A DNA stretch of 64,000 bases from Eubacteriales bacterium (GCA_045539595.1 JAZQFQ010000058.1:31736-95735), one strand, 5' to 3'; counted from the stretch's first letter, positions 8,540 to 20,652 are shown. The notes: a model not told the origin generated them from the sequence alone. Numbers and translations are program-made.

Positions 8540-8568
8540 ATTATAACACGGCGTTTTTTGATTTGCAA
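8540..8568 (-). promoter_or_regulatory. candidate promoter of the uxuA-uxuB-eda-kdgK operon
   Basis: Minus strand TTGCAA-17 nt-TATAAT, 64 nt before ATG 8476. Confidence 0.5.
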
Positions 8569-8625
8569 CGGTAGAGCAAACAAAAATAAAATTATTTTTT
8601 GGCCCGTATTTTTTGAGAAACCACC

Positions 8626-8657
8626 AAAAAAACCGACCGCCGATAAGGCAGTCGGTT
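8626..8657 (-). terminator. terminator of the secA / membrane-protein operon
   Basis: Minus strand AACCGACTGCC-ttat-CGGCGGTCGGTT followed by TTTTTTT, 5 nt after the stop at 8662. Confidence 0.8.
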
Positions 8658-8661
8658 GAGA

Positions 8662-10044
8662 TCAATAATTCTGTTCCAGACGCTGATATATATCCTCGTA
8701 TGCGCCGACCATAGCGCGAACAGCCATGACCACCCAGAGGACCGATACCACGAAACTGGCAATCCAGAACGCGGGATGATGGACGGACACGGTGTACGAT
8801 GCGATCTCCATAATGAGATATACCGCGCCGCACACAGCCGCACCGATCACACGGTACAGCACGCTGTTGTACAGTTCCTTGCGGCGTGCATCGGCGCTGT
8901 ACTGGGGCTTGTGTTCACTGCCCAGGATCCCTATGTAGGCGGTATGGGACCTCACCGCGCGGCAGAACACCACAAACACCCACGCAAAAGATGCAAGAAG
9001 CAGGCAAAACTCCAGCATACCGCAGACGCGGACAGGGCCATACAGTTTGGCCGCCTCCGTGAAGTAATAGGAATCCTGTGCAGTGTACTCGCTGAAATAG
9101 GGGATCTGCACAAACAGATTTCCAATAGAGAAGCCGCCCGTGATCACGGAAAGGATCAAACCGGGAAGCGCCCCTTTATCATAGGGCATCAAAATGAGGA
9201 AGGACAAAAACAGAAACACCGACGGAATGATATTGGGCAGCACATTCAGCCCATCCAAAGTAATCGTAATGGAGGACAGCGCGGCAAAGCCGATCAGGAA
9301 CAGCACTTTTTTCATGCGGATAGCCGCCATCAGCCCCGGCTGCGAGGCCACATTCTCCGCAAAATACCGCACAGTTCCCTCCCGCAGCGCGGAGTCCCGG
9401 CGCAGGCGGTTCACATAACCCACGGCCTTTGTCAGCCACACAATACCCACGACCAGCACAAGGAGGCCCAAAAGCACATACATCCACGGCCGATAGGCAG
9501 CCAGCGGAAGCTTCCAACGAGAGTCCCCGGAAAGATCATCCGCCAACTGAAGGGCAGTCAATTCGGGAAGAACGGCGGCCACTGTTTTGAGGAGGAAGAA
9601 CACAACCGTGAAGATCTTCAGCCGCTCCGCACGCTCGATCTGTACAGACACCGTACCGCGCGGGGTGCGCTTTTCCTTATGAACCACATCGTAAATGGAC
9701 TCACAATCCAATCGGGTGCCGACGGCGTATGCGCCCTCGAAAATCGCCGCAATGGCCGGCAGAGCATACATGGTTTCCAGCACCGCGAAGATAAACACAA
9801 GCAGCAAAGTGAATGTATCCGATGTGTACGGAAGGAACACTACCGACACAGCACGGACCGCGGTAATCAATGCCAGTTTCCAGATCAGATCCCGGGCCTG
9901 GCGCAGCTGATCCGAAAGAAACGAAGTATGGAACAACCCGTGAAAGATGAGAAGATATCCGATGAAATCGGGGAACACATCGATCACGTTGATATTCGGA
10001 TTAAACAGAAACAAGAGTCCTGCCAATATGTAAGTTAAACCCAT
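8662..10044 (-). CDS. uncharacterised polytopic membrane protein (paralogous N-terminus to 10056..10769)
   Basis: 460 aa with many hydrophobic segments. N-terminus MGLTYILAGLLFLFNPNINVIDVFPDFIGYLLIFHGL. No motif I recognise. The same-length + ORF 8656..10038 is H/R/Q-rich mirror noise. Confidence 0.7.
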   Translation of the reverse strand: MGLTYILAGLLFLFNPNINVIDVFPDFIGYLLIFHGLFHTSFLSDQLRQARDLIWKLALITAVRAVSVVFLPYTSDTFTLLLVFIFAVLETMYALPAIAAIFEGAYAVGTRLDCESIYDVVHKEKRTPRGTVSVQIERAERLKIFTVVFFLLKTVAAVLPELTALQLADDLSGDSRWKLPLAAYRPWMYVLLGLLVLVVGIVWLTKAVGYVNRLRRDSALREGTVRYFAENVASQPGLMAAIRMKKVLFLIGFAALSSITITLDGLNVLPNIIPSVFLFLSFLILMPYDKGALPGLILSVITGGFSIGNLFVQIPYFSEYTAQDSYYFTEAAKLYGPVRVCGMLEFCLLLASFAWVFVVFCRAVRSHTAYIGILGSEHKPQYSADARRKELYNSVLYRVIGAAVCGAVYLIMEIASYTVSVHHPAFWIASFVVSVLWVVMAVRAMVGAYEDIYQRLEQNY

Positions 10045-10055
10045 ATGTATCCCCT

Positions 10056-10769
10056 TTACTTGCGTTTGTGATTCTTTTTTCGCTTGACGCGAAGATAACC
10101 GGGCTCTTCTTCCCTGTCGCTCTCAGGCGTTTTCTTCCGCAGAAATGCGTTATCCATGACAGCATCCGTCTTTTCGTTGAGGCGATTGATCCACTCATGT
10201 TTGGAGGGGGTGCGCTCGCCGTGCTCCTGCCCCTTCAGGCAGATGCGGCAATAACAGGAATGGAGCAGGAAAATGCTGTACAGCATAGCCGCCAGACCAT
10301 ACAGGACCACGCACAAGGCGGCGATATTGCCCACGGTATTGCCCAAGGCAGGGCCGATCAGAAGCACCGCCATATGGAACAGGTAGTAGGTAACCACCCA
10401 AAAGATGCTTCGCTTGGCGCGGGCCGCTTCCTTTTCCAGTTCCACCTCCATGGCCAGATAGTGAATTCCGGCAAAGATAAAGAACTGCAGAACCAGACCG
10501 ACAGCGGCAATTCCTACCGCCAGAGCAGTTGCGAGGAAGCCCTCCCCCGTGATCACGCGGAGCATCATCAGAAGCGCCCGCGTGAAACAGAGGAGTAAAA
10601 ATACGATATCCACCTGCATGGCACGGAGAAAATTCTTACCGTGTCCGGCCAGTTTGGACAGGCCGATCATCATAAGGACAGAGCCGATGATATCCGCGAA
10701 GAAATAGACATTGGACAAGGAAAACAAGAATGTTATGATATATCCGATGAGCAGATAGCCGAATCCCAC
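10056..10769 (-). CDS. uncharacterised membrane protein with basic C-terminal tail
   Basis: 237 aa, MGFGYLLIGYIITFLFSLSNVYFFADIIGSVLMMIGLSKL..., ending ...GYLRVKRKKNHKRK. Only 42 nt downstream of the secA stop, with no hairpin between them. Confidence 0.7.
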   Translation of the reverse strand: MGFGYLLIGYIITFLFSLSNVYFFADIIGSVLMMIGLSKLAGHGKNFLRAMQVDIVFLLLCFTRALLMMLRVITGEGFLATALAVGIAAVGLVLQFFIFAGIHYLAMEVELEKEAARAKRSIFWVVTYYLFHMAVLLIGPALGNTVGNIAALCVVLYGLAAMLYSIFLLHSCYCRICLKGQEHGERTPSKHEWINRLNEKTDAVMDNAFLRKKTPESDREEEPGYLRVKRKKNHKRK

Positions 10770-10811
10770 GGAATATCCTCACCGCCCTTCTTATGAAATG
10801 AATTTGCGGAA

Positions 10812-13616
<2,805 letters not shown>

Positions 13617-13787
13617 GATTGCCGATGGCATCCTCCGGGGATGCCGTCCTCTCATAAAGATTTTTTGTGATATAGATTCTCGTTGGCCATATACAATTTA
13701 GTATACATCATTTCCCGCCGAATTGCGTAGATGAATTGTAAATTTATTATAAAAATCGGGAAAATCCTTTTGAATCATGGGATTTCT

Positions 13788-13816
13788 TGCAATTTTTGTC
13801 CGTGTATAGTATAATG
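13788..13816 (+). promoter_or_regulatory. candidate trmL promoter
   Basis: TTGCAA-17 nt-TATAAT, 30 nt before the ATG. Confidence 0.5.
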
Positions 13817-13845
13817 GTGACATCGATTTTCACGGGAGACGCATT

Positions 13846-14313
13846 ATGGGACAAATAAACATTGTATTGGTAGAGCCGCTGATTCCCCAGAACACGGGCA
13901 ACATTGCCCGCACCTGCGCCGCCACCGGCGCGTCGCTGCACTTGATCCGCCCTTTGGGATTTGAGATCGACAGCGCCAAATTGAAGCGGGCGGGACTGGA
14001 TTACTGGGACAGTCTGGACATCACCTATTATGACGGGCTGACCGACTTTTTTACCAAGCATCCCGACGCGGATTTCTACTGCTTCACCTCCAAAGCGAAG
14101 CGCGCGTACACGGATGTACGGTATCCCGCACCCGTGTATTTATTCTTCGGCAAAGAAACCACGGGCCTGCCGACGGAATTCACCGAGGCGCATCCCGATC
14201 GCTGTGTGCGTCTGCCCATGCGTCCGGGACAGCGTTGTCTGAATCTGTCCAACGCCGCCGCGGTGGGCGTGTACGAGGTACTGCGCCAGCACGGATTCCC
14301 CGATCAGGTTTAA
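13846..14313 (+). CDS. trmL: tRNA (cytidine/uridine-2'-O)-methyltransferase TrmL (SPOUT)
   Basis: 155 aa, INIVLVEPLIPQNTGNIARTCAATGASLHLIRPLGF...LNLSNAAAV. Confidence 0.9.
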   Translation: MGQINIVLVEPLIPQNTGNIARTCAATGASLHLIRPLGFEIDSAKLKRAGLDYWDSLDITYYDGLTDFFTKHPDADFYCFTSKAKRAYTDVRYPAPVYLFFGKETTGLPTEFTEAHPDRCVRLPMRPGQRCLNLSNAAAVGVYEVLRQHGFPDQV

Positions 14314-15851
14314 ATCATCGGGGCGATCAGCGCCATGACCGCGCGGAACAACTCCCGCGCCAGGCTCTTTTTGCAATCCTCCAGCCGGACTTCCCGACAC
14401 TTGGCGAAGGTTTCCTCGAAATCCTGTTTGATGGGCTCGATGACCGAGGAGCGGTACATCCACACGCCGCACTCAAAATGGAGATACAGGCTGCGGAAGT
14501 CCAGATTGACCGTACCCACGGTGGCATATTGGTCGTCGCAGAGGAAGGTTTTGGCGTGGAGAAATCCGGGGGAATACTCATAGATTTTCACGCCGTGGCG
14601 GATCAGATTCTCATAGTAGGATTTGGATGTTTCGTACACGATGAACTTATCACCGACTCCGGGGGTGATGATCCGCACATCCACGCCGCAGCGCGCCGCG
14701 TTGCACAGGGCGGATTCCAGCTGGCCGTCGATGATCAGGTAAGGTGTCATGATATACACATACCGCTCTGCCCGGTTGATCATATTCAGATAGATGGTCT
14801 GGCCCACCGGCTCGTTATCCAGCGGATTATCCGTATAGGGCTGTACCCAGCCCCGGGCGGAGGGCACGGGCTGTCCGTATTCCGCCGGGCGGTAATGCTC
14901 ATAAGACTGGGCCGCCGCACCGGCCTGATCCAGGTAATCCCACATGGTGAGGAACATGACCGTCATACTCCAGGCGGCATCGCCGCGAAGCACAACCGCA
15001 TTGTCCTTCCAATGGCCGAAGCGGTTTTTTTCGTTGATGTATTCATCCGCCAGGTTGATGCCGCCGGTGAAGGCCACCTTGCCGTCGATGATACCGATTT
15101 TGCGGTGGTCCCGGTTGTTCAGGCGGGCAGACAGCACGGGAATAAACCGATTGAAGGCGTGACAGCGGATGCCCCACTTACGCAGCTGCTCGTCGTACTT
15201 CCGGGGCAGGAGCATAATGCATCCCATATCGTCGTAGATCAGCCGCACATCCACGCCTGCGGCGGCTTTTCGCTTCAGGATCTCCAGAATGGAGTTCCAC
15301 ATCCTCCCCTCATCAATGATGAAGTACTCCAGGAAGATATACTTCTCTGCCCGCTCCAGCTCTGCCAGAAGCGCGGGAAACATATCGTCACCCAGTGAGA
15401 AATATTCCACCCCGGTATTTTGGAACAGAGGACACTTGGCGGTTGTATGGATATAGCGGCTTTGAAAGCCCGCCGAGGGAGACTCGGCAGTCAGAGAATC
15501 CGCTAAGTGTTCATCCCGGGGGAAGGTCTGCTCCATGGCCTCGTTGATGCGGGCCATTTTTCTTTTTTTATGCTCGGACAGTCGGTTGCCGCTGAAAATC
15601 AGGTACAAAAGTCCGCCGAACACGGGAATGAGAAGCACCGTAACCAGCCAGGCAATCTTATACTCTGCCCCGTCTTTGCGGTTGACGATCGTCAGAGTAA
15701 GCGTCACGGCGAAAAGCATGGACACCAGATAGTAAAATACGAAGTATTCGGTGAAACGGATCGCGGCAAAAAACAAAAGGGCCAACTGGAACAGAATCAG
15801 AACAGAAACGATCATGATCCGGCTGAAAAGCAGTTTTAACAGTTTTTTCAT
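14310..15851 (-). CDS. cls: cardiolipin synthase
   Basis: Two HKD motifs (HRKIGIIDGKVAFTGGINL; HAKTFLCDDQYATVGTVNL) and N-terminal TM helices. The listed start 15863 is GTG inside the RBS. ATG 15851 follows GGAGGG. Confidence 0.9.
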   Translation of the reverse strand: MKKLLKLLFSRIMIVSVLILFQLALLFFAAIRFTEYFVFYYLVSMLFAVTLTLTIVNRKDGAEYKIAWLVTVLLIPVFGGLLYLIFSGNRLSEHKKRKMARINEAMEQTFPRDEHLADSLTAESPSAGFQSRYIHTTAKCPLFQNTGVEYFSLGDDMFPALLAELERAEKYIFLEYFIIDEGRMWNSILEILKRKAAAGVDVRLIYDDMGCIMLLPRKYDEQLRKWGIRCHAFNRFIPVLSARLNNRDHRKIGIIDGKVAFTGGINLADEYINEKNRFGHWKDNAVVLRGDAAWSMTVMFLTMWDYLDQAGAAAQSYEHYRPAEYGQPVPSARGWVQPYTDNPLDNEPVGQTIYLNMINRAERYVYIMTPYLIIDGQLESALCNAARCGVDVRIITPGVGDKFIVYETSKSYYENLIRHGVKIYEYSPGFLHAKTFLCDDQYATVGTVNLDFRSLYLHFECGVWMYRSSVIEPIKQDFEETFAKCREVRLEDCKKSLARELFRAVMALIAPMI

Positions 15852-15976
15852 GTTGCCCTCCACATATCAAGTGGCATCTGATTTTGCGAAAGCAATAGAT
15901 CGATGCATAAACTATATTCATAGTAACATAGATTGCTCCTCTCAGTCTACCGTGAAATTGTGAACAAACCCCCATG

Positions 15977-16015
15977 AAAAAGAATTGCCGCGTCATAGAC
16001 GCGGCAATTCTTTTT
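15977..16015. terminator. bidirectional-looking terminator after the amidohydrolase gene
   Basis: AAAAA-GAATTGCCGCG-tcataga-CGCGGCAATTC-TTTTT. Confidence 0.85.
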
Positions 16016-16038
16016 CATAAGCTCGGATGCGCCGTCCA

Positions 16039-17067
16039 TCAAGCGCGGACTGCATCGATCAATCGCTGGGCATTGTTGTTCATAATGTCCTCGATCTGCG
16101 TATCCGTCAGTTTCATATCGACGGCACAGCGCTTCAATGCCCGGATCTGCTCATAGATCATCAGCGTGACATCCTTCTCGTCCGTTTCCCGCATATGAGG
16201 AACGTTTGTAATATCACCGTACTCACCCCGGCGGACGATATTGATGTACTCTCCGTTTTCCACGATGCGGTACATACGCATCAGGGCGTACGGAAGGTCG
16301 GTACCGTAGATCAGCTTCTTCGTGCCTACGGCCTCGATGCAGGCCTTGATGGCATCGTCGCACAGATTGGCGGTGAAGTCGAAGTAGGTATTCTCCCCTT
16401 TTCCGATCAGATCGAAGGCGTTGCCGATATCCTCCTTGGCGTATGCCCGGCCGATATGAGCAATGATCAGTTTGATGTTGGGATACTTCTGCTCAATCTC
16501 CATCAGTTGTGCCAGATTCACGGGATCCTTGAGACGGCCGTTGCGGGGGATATGGAGCATGAGAATCCAGCCGTGCTTATCCAGCACCCGCAGCTGCTCG
16601 TGGGTGACGAAGTCAAAGATTCTCGTCTCGGCGGCGGGAATGTAAGCGGGGCGGTTGGTCAGGTAGGGCTTGATCCCCAGATAGCCGCCTTTCAGGATCT
16701 CCTCCTCCATCTCCTCCCCGCTGGTCAGGTAATCGGTGCGGTACAAAGTAGGATAGTTGAACTCCCTGCCCACTTTATAGATGTAATCGTTGGTCTGCTG
16801 CAGATTGCGGCCGGTACAGCCGAAGATCAGGGGCGTGACGTGATTTTCGGGGAACAACTGGGCCAGGGTATCGTTGAGCTGTTCTACCGTCATCTCGCTG
16901 GCAATCATGCTGACCCAGGAGACCTTGTTTTTGGACACCACGCCGTAGCGCTCATAATCGGAGCGGAACGCGTGAACGTGGAAGTCGATGAAATTGGTGG
17001 GCAAAAAGTTCTTCAGTTCGTTTTCATAGACGTACCGGTCGTACGCCTCTACGTTCAAATAACTCAT
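16039..17067 (-). CDS. amidohydrolase-family (TIM-barrel metal-dependent hydrolase) protein
   Basis: 342 aa. FIDFHVHAF early in the sequence and ...LMLHIPRNG... are typical of the Amidohydro_2-like fold. Substrate unknown. Confidence 0.6.
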   Translation of the reverse strand: MSYLNVEAYDRYVYENELKNFLPTNFIDFHVHAFRSDYERYGVVSKNKVSWVSMIASEMTVEQLNDTLAQLFPENHVTPLIFGCTGRNLQQTNDYIYKVGREFNYPTLYRTDYLTSGEEMEEEILKGGYLGIKPYLTNRPAYIPAAETRIFDFVTHEQLRVLDKHGWILMLHIPRNGRLKDPVNLAQLMEIEQKYPNIKLIIAHIGRAYAKEDIGNAFDLIGKGENTYFDFTANLCDDAIKACIEAVGTKKLIYGTDLPYALMRMYRIVENGEYINIVRRGEYGDITNVPHMRETDEKDVTLMIYEQIRALKRCAVDMKLTDTQIEDIMNNNAQRLIDAVRA

Positions 17068-17077
17068 GAGATCCTCC

Positions 17078-18409
17078 TTATTTCAGAAGCACGGTGGCCT
17101 TGCCGGATTCGCTGTATTCAATACGATCGCCGGATGCGTTCAGACTGTCGACAAACGCCAGGTATTCCTCTTTGGTAAAGCGGGGCACAAACGAATCGAT
17201 AATCTCTTTGGCCCGTTTGGCTTCGTCGGACAACAGAAGCCGCAGCATAGCCATCTGCATCTTTGCACTGCCCACACAGGCGGCTACAGGGTCCTTCACC
17301 TGGTAATCGTTGCCGTGGGATTTCCCCTTAGCACCGGCGGCATAGGGATGGATGGCCGGCATCACGCAGCTGAGGTCGCCCATATCCGTACTGCCGGATG
17401 AGAAAATCTCCATGACTTCGAAATTATACTCCGGAACAACCAGATCTGCCGCTTCTTTGGTCAGGCGGATCATGTTCCGATCGTTGATCAGGGGGGCGTA
17501 ACCGGGCACGTCTACGATCTCCACGTTGGTATCGAGGGACAAGGCGGCTCCGCACAGTGCCTGATTCACCTTACGATTGGCCTCACGGATAGCATGGAAG
17601 TTTTCACCGCGGATATAGCTCTCCAAAACGGTGACTTCCGGGATGGCATTAACCATGGCACCGCCATTGGTGATAATGGGATGGACACGGATGATATCGC
17701 TTTCCTTGAAGGTTTCGCGGATGGCATTGATGGCATTGAGACCGCAGGTAGCGGCGTACAGTGCGTTTCTTCCGTTCCAGGGAGATCCGCCCGCATGAGC
17801 CGCCAAGCCTTTGTAGATCACACGCTTGGCCAGGAATCCCACGCTTCCCTGCTTCACGCAGAACGCGGGGCCCGTGTGTACCATAAAGGCCAAATCCACA
17901 TCATCAAAATATCCGCGGGACAAAAACTCGCTCTTGCCGCCGAAATACTTGATCTTTCCCTCGGCCTTCAGCTGCGAGCGGTAATCCATCTCCAAAAGTT
18001 CTTCCGCGGGAACGGCGCAGAGCTTGATTCTGCCGCACAGGCCATCCAGCATGCCCGGCTCCTTCAGTGCCGCGGCCACGCCGAGCAAAGCGGCGCACTG
18101 GGCGTTATGGCCGCAGGAATGGACCGCGCCCGTTTCGGGATTGGCTTCGGGATGCTCCGGGCAGAGGATGGAATCCAGCTCTGCCATCACAAGCACGGTG
18201 GGGCCGGGTCTGCCCGTATCCAACACGGTATAGAAACCGGTAATGTTTTCCGCCATGACCAGATCATAGCCCAGCTTGCGGAAATTTTCTTCCATATAGG
18301 CGGAGGTTTCCACCTCTTTGTAGCCGGTTTCGGGATGGTTCCAGATATATCTCTCCGCATCCAGAATCATCCGGGAATGTTTTTCGACGGCCGCAATAAT
18401 ATCTTTCAT
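17078..18409 (-). CDS. M20-family amidohydrolase / peptidase
   Basis: 443 aa, MKDIIAAVEKHSRMILDAERYIWNHPETGYKEVETS...VHSCGHNAQ... resembles M20D aminoacylase-type enzymes. Confidence 0.7.
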   Translation of the reverse strand: MKDIIAAVEKHSRMILDAERYIWNHPETGYKEVETSAYMEENFRKLGYDLVMAENITGFYTVLDTGRPGPTVLVMAELDSILCPEHPEANPETGAVHSCGHNAQCAALLGVAAALKEPGMLDGLCGRIKLCAVPAEELLEMDYRSQLKAEGKIKYFGGKSEFLSRGYFDDVDLAFMVHTGPAFCVKQGSVGFLAKRVIYKGLAAHAGGSPWNGRNALYAATCGLNAINAIRETFKESDIIRVHPIITNGGAMVNAIPEVTVLESYIRGENFHAIREANRKVNQALCGAALSLDTNVEIVDVPGYAPLINDRNMIRLTKEAADLVVPEYNFEVMEIFSSGSTDMGDLSCVMPAIHPYAAGAKGKSHGNDYQVKDPVAACVGSAKMQMAMLRLLLSDEAKRAKEIIDSFVPRFTKEEYLAFVDSLNASGDRIEYSESGKATVLLK

Positions 18410-18459
18410 AAGAAACTCCCAATCAAATTTTCCTGTATACTGCCCATCGGGGCATCCGC

Positions 18460-19308
18460 TTACACGCCGCGGAAACCGCGCCCGATGATTTCACTGCTGG
18501 TGGTAATGATGATAAACGAATTGGGATCAATCTGACGCACGCGGTTGCGGAGCTTGATGGCCTCCATTCGCTTGCACACGGTGTGGATCATGGTTTTTTC
18601 TTCCTTGGTGAATTCACCGACCACGGAATTGACGGTAACGCCGTGGTGCAGATTTTCCATGATGTACGACGAGATCTCCTCTCGCTTGGAGGTAATCACG
18701 ATAAAGTATTTGCAAGTATTGAAACTCTCGATAACGCCGTCCACGATAAACGCCTTGGCGAACAAGCCCATCAGAGAATACAAACCGGTTTCGATATCGA
18801 ACACCACAAATGCACTGGCGGCCACGATGAAGTCCACTATCAACAGCGCCTTACCCACGTCCATTTTCATGAACTTCTTCAGAATCAGAGCCGCGATATC
18901 CGTACCGCCCGAGGACGCATCGCAATTGAATATGATGGCGGCACCGATAGACGTGAGAAGCATGGCGTAAGCCAACTCCAGAAAGGGCTGATCGGTCAGC
19001 GGCTCGGTGACGGGCACGACCTTCTCCCACGCGTAGGTAAGGGCGGAGTACAGCATACTGCAGTACACGGTTTTGATACCGGTTTGCCGTCCGAGGAACA
19101 GAAATCCCAGAACCAGCAGTCCGATATTCAAAATCCAGATCCACGCGGCGGGGGAAATGGGCGTAATCTTACCGAGAATTGTACCCATACCGCTGACACC
19201 GCCGGTGGTAAAACCGTTGGGAATCTTGAAAAAGTATACGCCTGCAGCCAGCAGAACGCACCCCAGGTTCATCATCAGAAAACTTACGATTCTATTTGGT
19301 TTTTTCAT
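18460..19308 (-). CDS. YitT-family membrane protein (DUF2179-containing)
   Basis: 282 aa, NLGCVLLAAGVYFFKIPNGFTTGGVSGMGTILGKI..., with a C-terminal soluble domain ...MIHTVCKRMEAIKLRNRVRQIDPNSFIIITTSSEIIGRGF. Confidence 0.8.
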   Translation of the reverse strand: MKKPNRIVSFLMMNLGCVLLAAGVYFFKIPNGFTTGGVSGMGTILGKITPISPAAWIWILNIGLLVLGFLFLGRQTGIKTVYCSMLYSALTYAWEKVVPVTEPLTDQPFLELAYAMLLTSIGAAIIFNCDASSGGTDIAALILKKFMKMDVGKALLIVDFIVAASAFVVFDIETGLYSLMGLFAKAFIVDGVIESFNTCKYFIVITSKREEISSYIMENLHHGVTVNSVVGEFTKEEKTMIHTVCKRMEAIKLRNRVRQIDPNSFIIITTSSEIIGRGFRGV

Positions 19309-19418
19309 GCAGTATCACTCCTGATGCACCGGTTTGCCGGTGCGGTCATTGCATCAAACACAATGAAATTATTTTTCGAAAATGGCTCCAATCCCGCCCG
19401 CGGGCAAGGGCCGACTGT

Positions 19419-19447
19419 ATTGTATCATTCCCTGGACCGCCTGTCAA
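19419..19447 (-). promoter_or_regulatory. candidate promoter of the YitT-M20-amidohydrolase operon
   Basis: Minus strand TTGACA-17 nt-TACAAT. It leaves a leader of about 105-110 nt. Confidence 0.5.
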
Positions 19448-19465
19448 TTCCGCACGCCCAACTCA

Positions 19466-19507
19466 GGGAAAAAACAAAGGGATTTGTAGAAAACCCCTTG
19501 TTTTATT
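19466..19507 (-). terminator. probable terminator after the OCD-family gene
   Basis: Imperfect stem CAAGGGG...CCCTTTG followed by TTTTTT on the minus strand, 8 nt after the stop at 19513. Confidence 0.5.
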
Positions 19508-19512
19508 GCGTA

Positions 19513-20538
19513 TTATTCCTCCCAGAAAGGCAGGCAGATGCCCTTGCCCGATGCTTTGGCATTCTTATAGCAGCGGGCGGTAACGGCGATGTCCATGATG
19601 CCGGCGCCAACAGCGTTGAAGTAAATAATCTCCTCGTCGTTCTCACGGCCGGGCTTGCTTCCGTTTACGATCTGGCCCAGCTCTGCATGGAGTTCCTCAT
19701 CCTTGAACAGACCGTCTTTCCACATGAGGGCAACGGTGCTGATCATACGGTGCTTAACATTTTCCCAGTAGTCAACGACTACCTTGCTGGAGCGCTTTAC
19801 GCACTCGTTGTCCACTTCGTAGTCCGCCATGTTCATAACCAAAGCGCCGGGCTTCAGCCACTCGCCCTTGATAAAGGGCTCGCTGGCCAGCGTTACGCAG
19901 TCGATGATATCGCTTTCGCGAACGGCGGCTTCCACATCGGAGGTGGGGATAGCCTTCACGCCGGGATACTGTGCCGTGATATACTCGGCAAAACGCTGTG
20001 CGTTTTCCATACGGATGTCGTAGATATACAGGGTGTTGAGGGCGGGACGGGCTATGTATGCCGCCTCAAACTGGGTGGGTGCCTGTGCGCCTGCACCGCA
20101 GATGGTCATAACGGAGGCATCCTTCTTGGAGAGGTGCTTGATAGCGACACCGCCGGATGCGCCGGTGCGCATGGTGCTGACCTTGGTACCGTCTGCCACG
20201 CACAGGGGAATCTTGGTATCGGGATCGTTCAGGATGATGGTTACACTGGCGCGGGGCAGGCCTTTCTTGTAGTTCATGGGACCGCTGCCGATCCACTTGA
20301 TACCGGCCATGTCATACTCGCCGCCTATGTAACCGGGCATGGCGTTGATACGTCCAAGCACGTTCTCGTCCTCTACGGTCTTGCCCCAGCGCATAACGCA
20401 CTTACCGGGGGCAATCACATCGCCTGCCTGGGTCAGGACGTACACACGCTCCACGTCGTGGATAACCTCTTCCATGGAAGCGGCACCCAGCTCATCCATA
20501 GCTTTATTGTTCAGAAACAGAATATCTGCCTTGCTCAT
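19513..20538 (-). CDS. ornithine cyclodeaminase / mu-crystallin family protein
   Basis: Start moved to ATG 20538 (MSKADILFLN), with AAGGAG 9 nt upstream. Contains ...STMRTGASGGVAIKHLSKKDASVMTICGAGAQA... Rossmann region. Substrate unknown. Confidence 0.7.
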   Translation of the reverse strand: MSKADILFLNNKAMDELGAASMEEVIHDVERVYVLTQAGDVIAPGKCVMRWGKTVEDENVLGRINAMPGYIGGEYDMAGIKWIGSGPMNYKKGLPRASVTIILNDPDTKIPLCVADGTKVSTMRTGASGGVAIKHLSKKDASVMTICGAGAQAPTQFEAAYIARPALNTLYIYDIRMENAQRFAEYITAQYPGVKAIPTSDVEAAVRESDIIDCVTLASEPFIKGEWLKPGALVMNMADYEVDNECVKRSSKVVVDYWENVKHRMISTVALMWKDGLFKDEELHAELGQIVNGSKPGRENDEEIIYFNAVGAGIMDIAVTARCYKNAKASGKGICLPFWEE

Positions 20539-20588
20539 ACGAAAAAACTCCTTACATCGAATGAATTTCATCCCATATTATACTCGCC

Positions 20589-20606
20589 CTTTACTGAACT
20601 GTAAAG
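20589..20606. promoter_or_regulatory. candidate LysR-type binding site
   Basis: CTTTAC-tgaact-GTAAAG dyad in the 118-bp divergent spacer between the OCD-family gene and the LysR gene. T-N11-A-like architecture. Confidence 0.4.
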
Positions 20607-20623
20607 AATTTTCTGCGATGTGG

Positions 20624-20652
20624 TTGCTATATCTTGAAAAATGTAGTAAAAT
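20624..20652 (+). promoter_or_regulatory. candidate promoter of the LysR gene
   Basis: TTGCTA-17 nt-TAAAAT, 38 nt before the ATG. Confidence 0.45.

Noticed and set aside
7388-8833. N-terminally extended ORFs: uxuA 481 aa; polC 1535 aa (29510..34117); ispG 479 aa (33937..35376); rpsB 279 aa; isomerase-like 481 aa; FGGY kinase 476 aa; PNPOx-like 202 aa; AsnC 178 aa.
   Set aside because: In each case an internal ATG, preceded by a good GGAGG-type RBS, coincides with the conserved protein N-terminus. The extension crosses promoters, terminators or the upstream gene.
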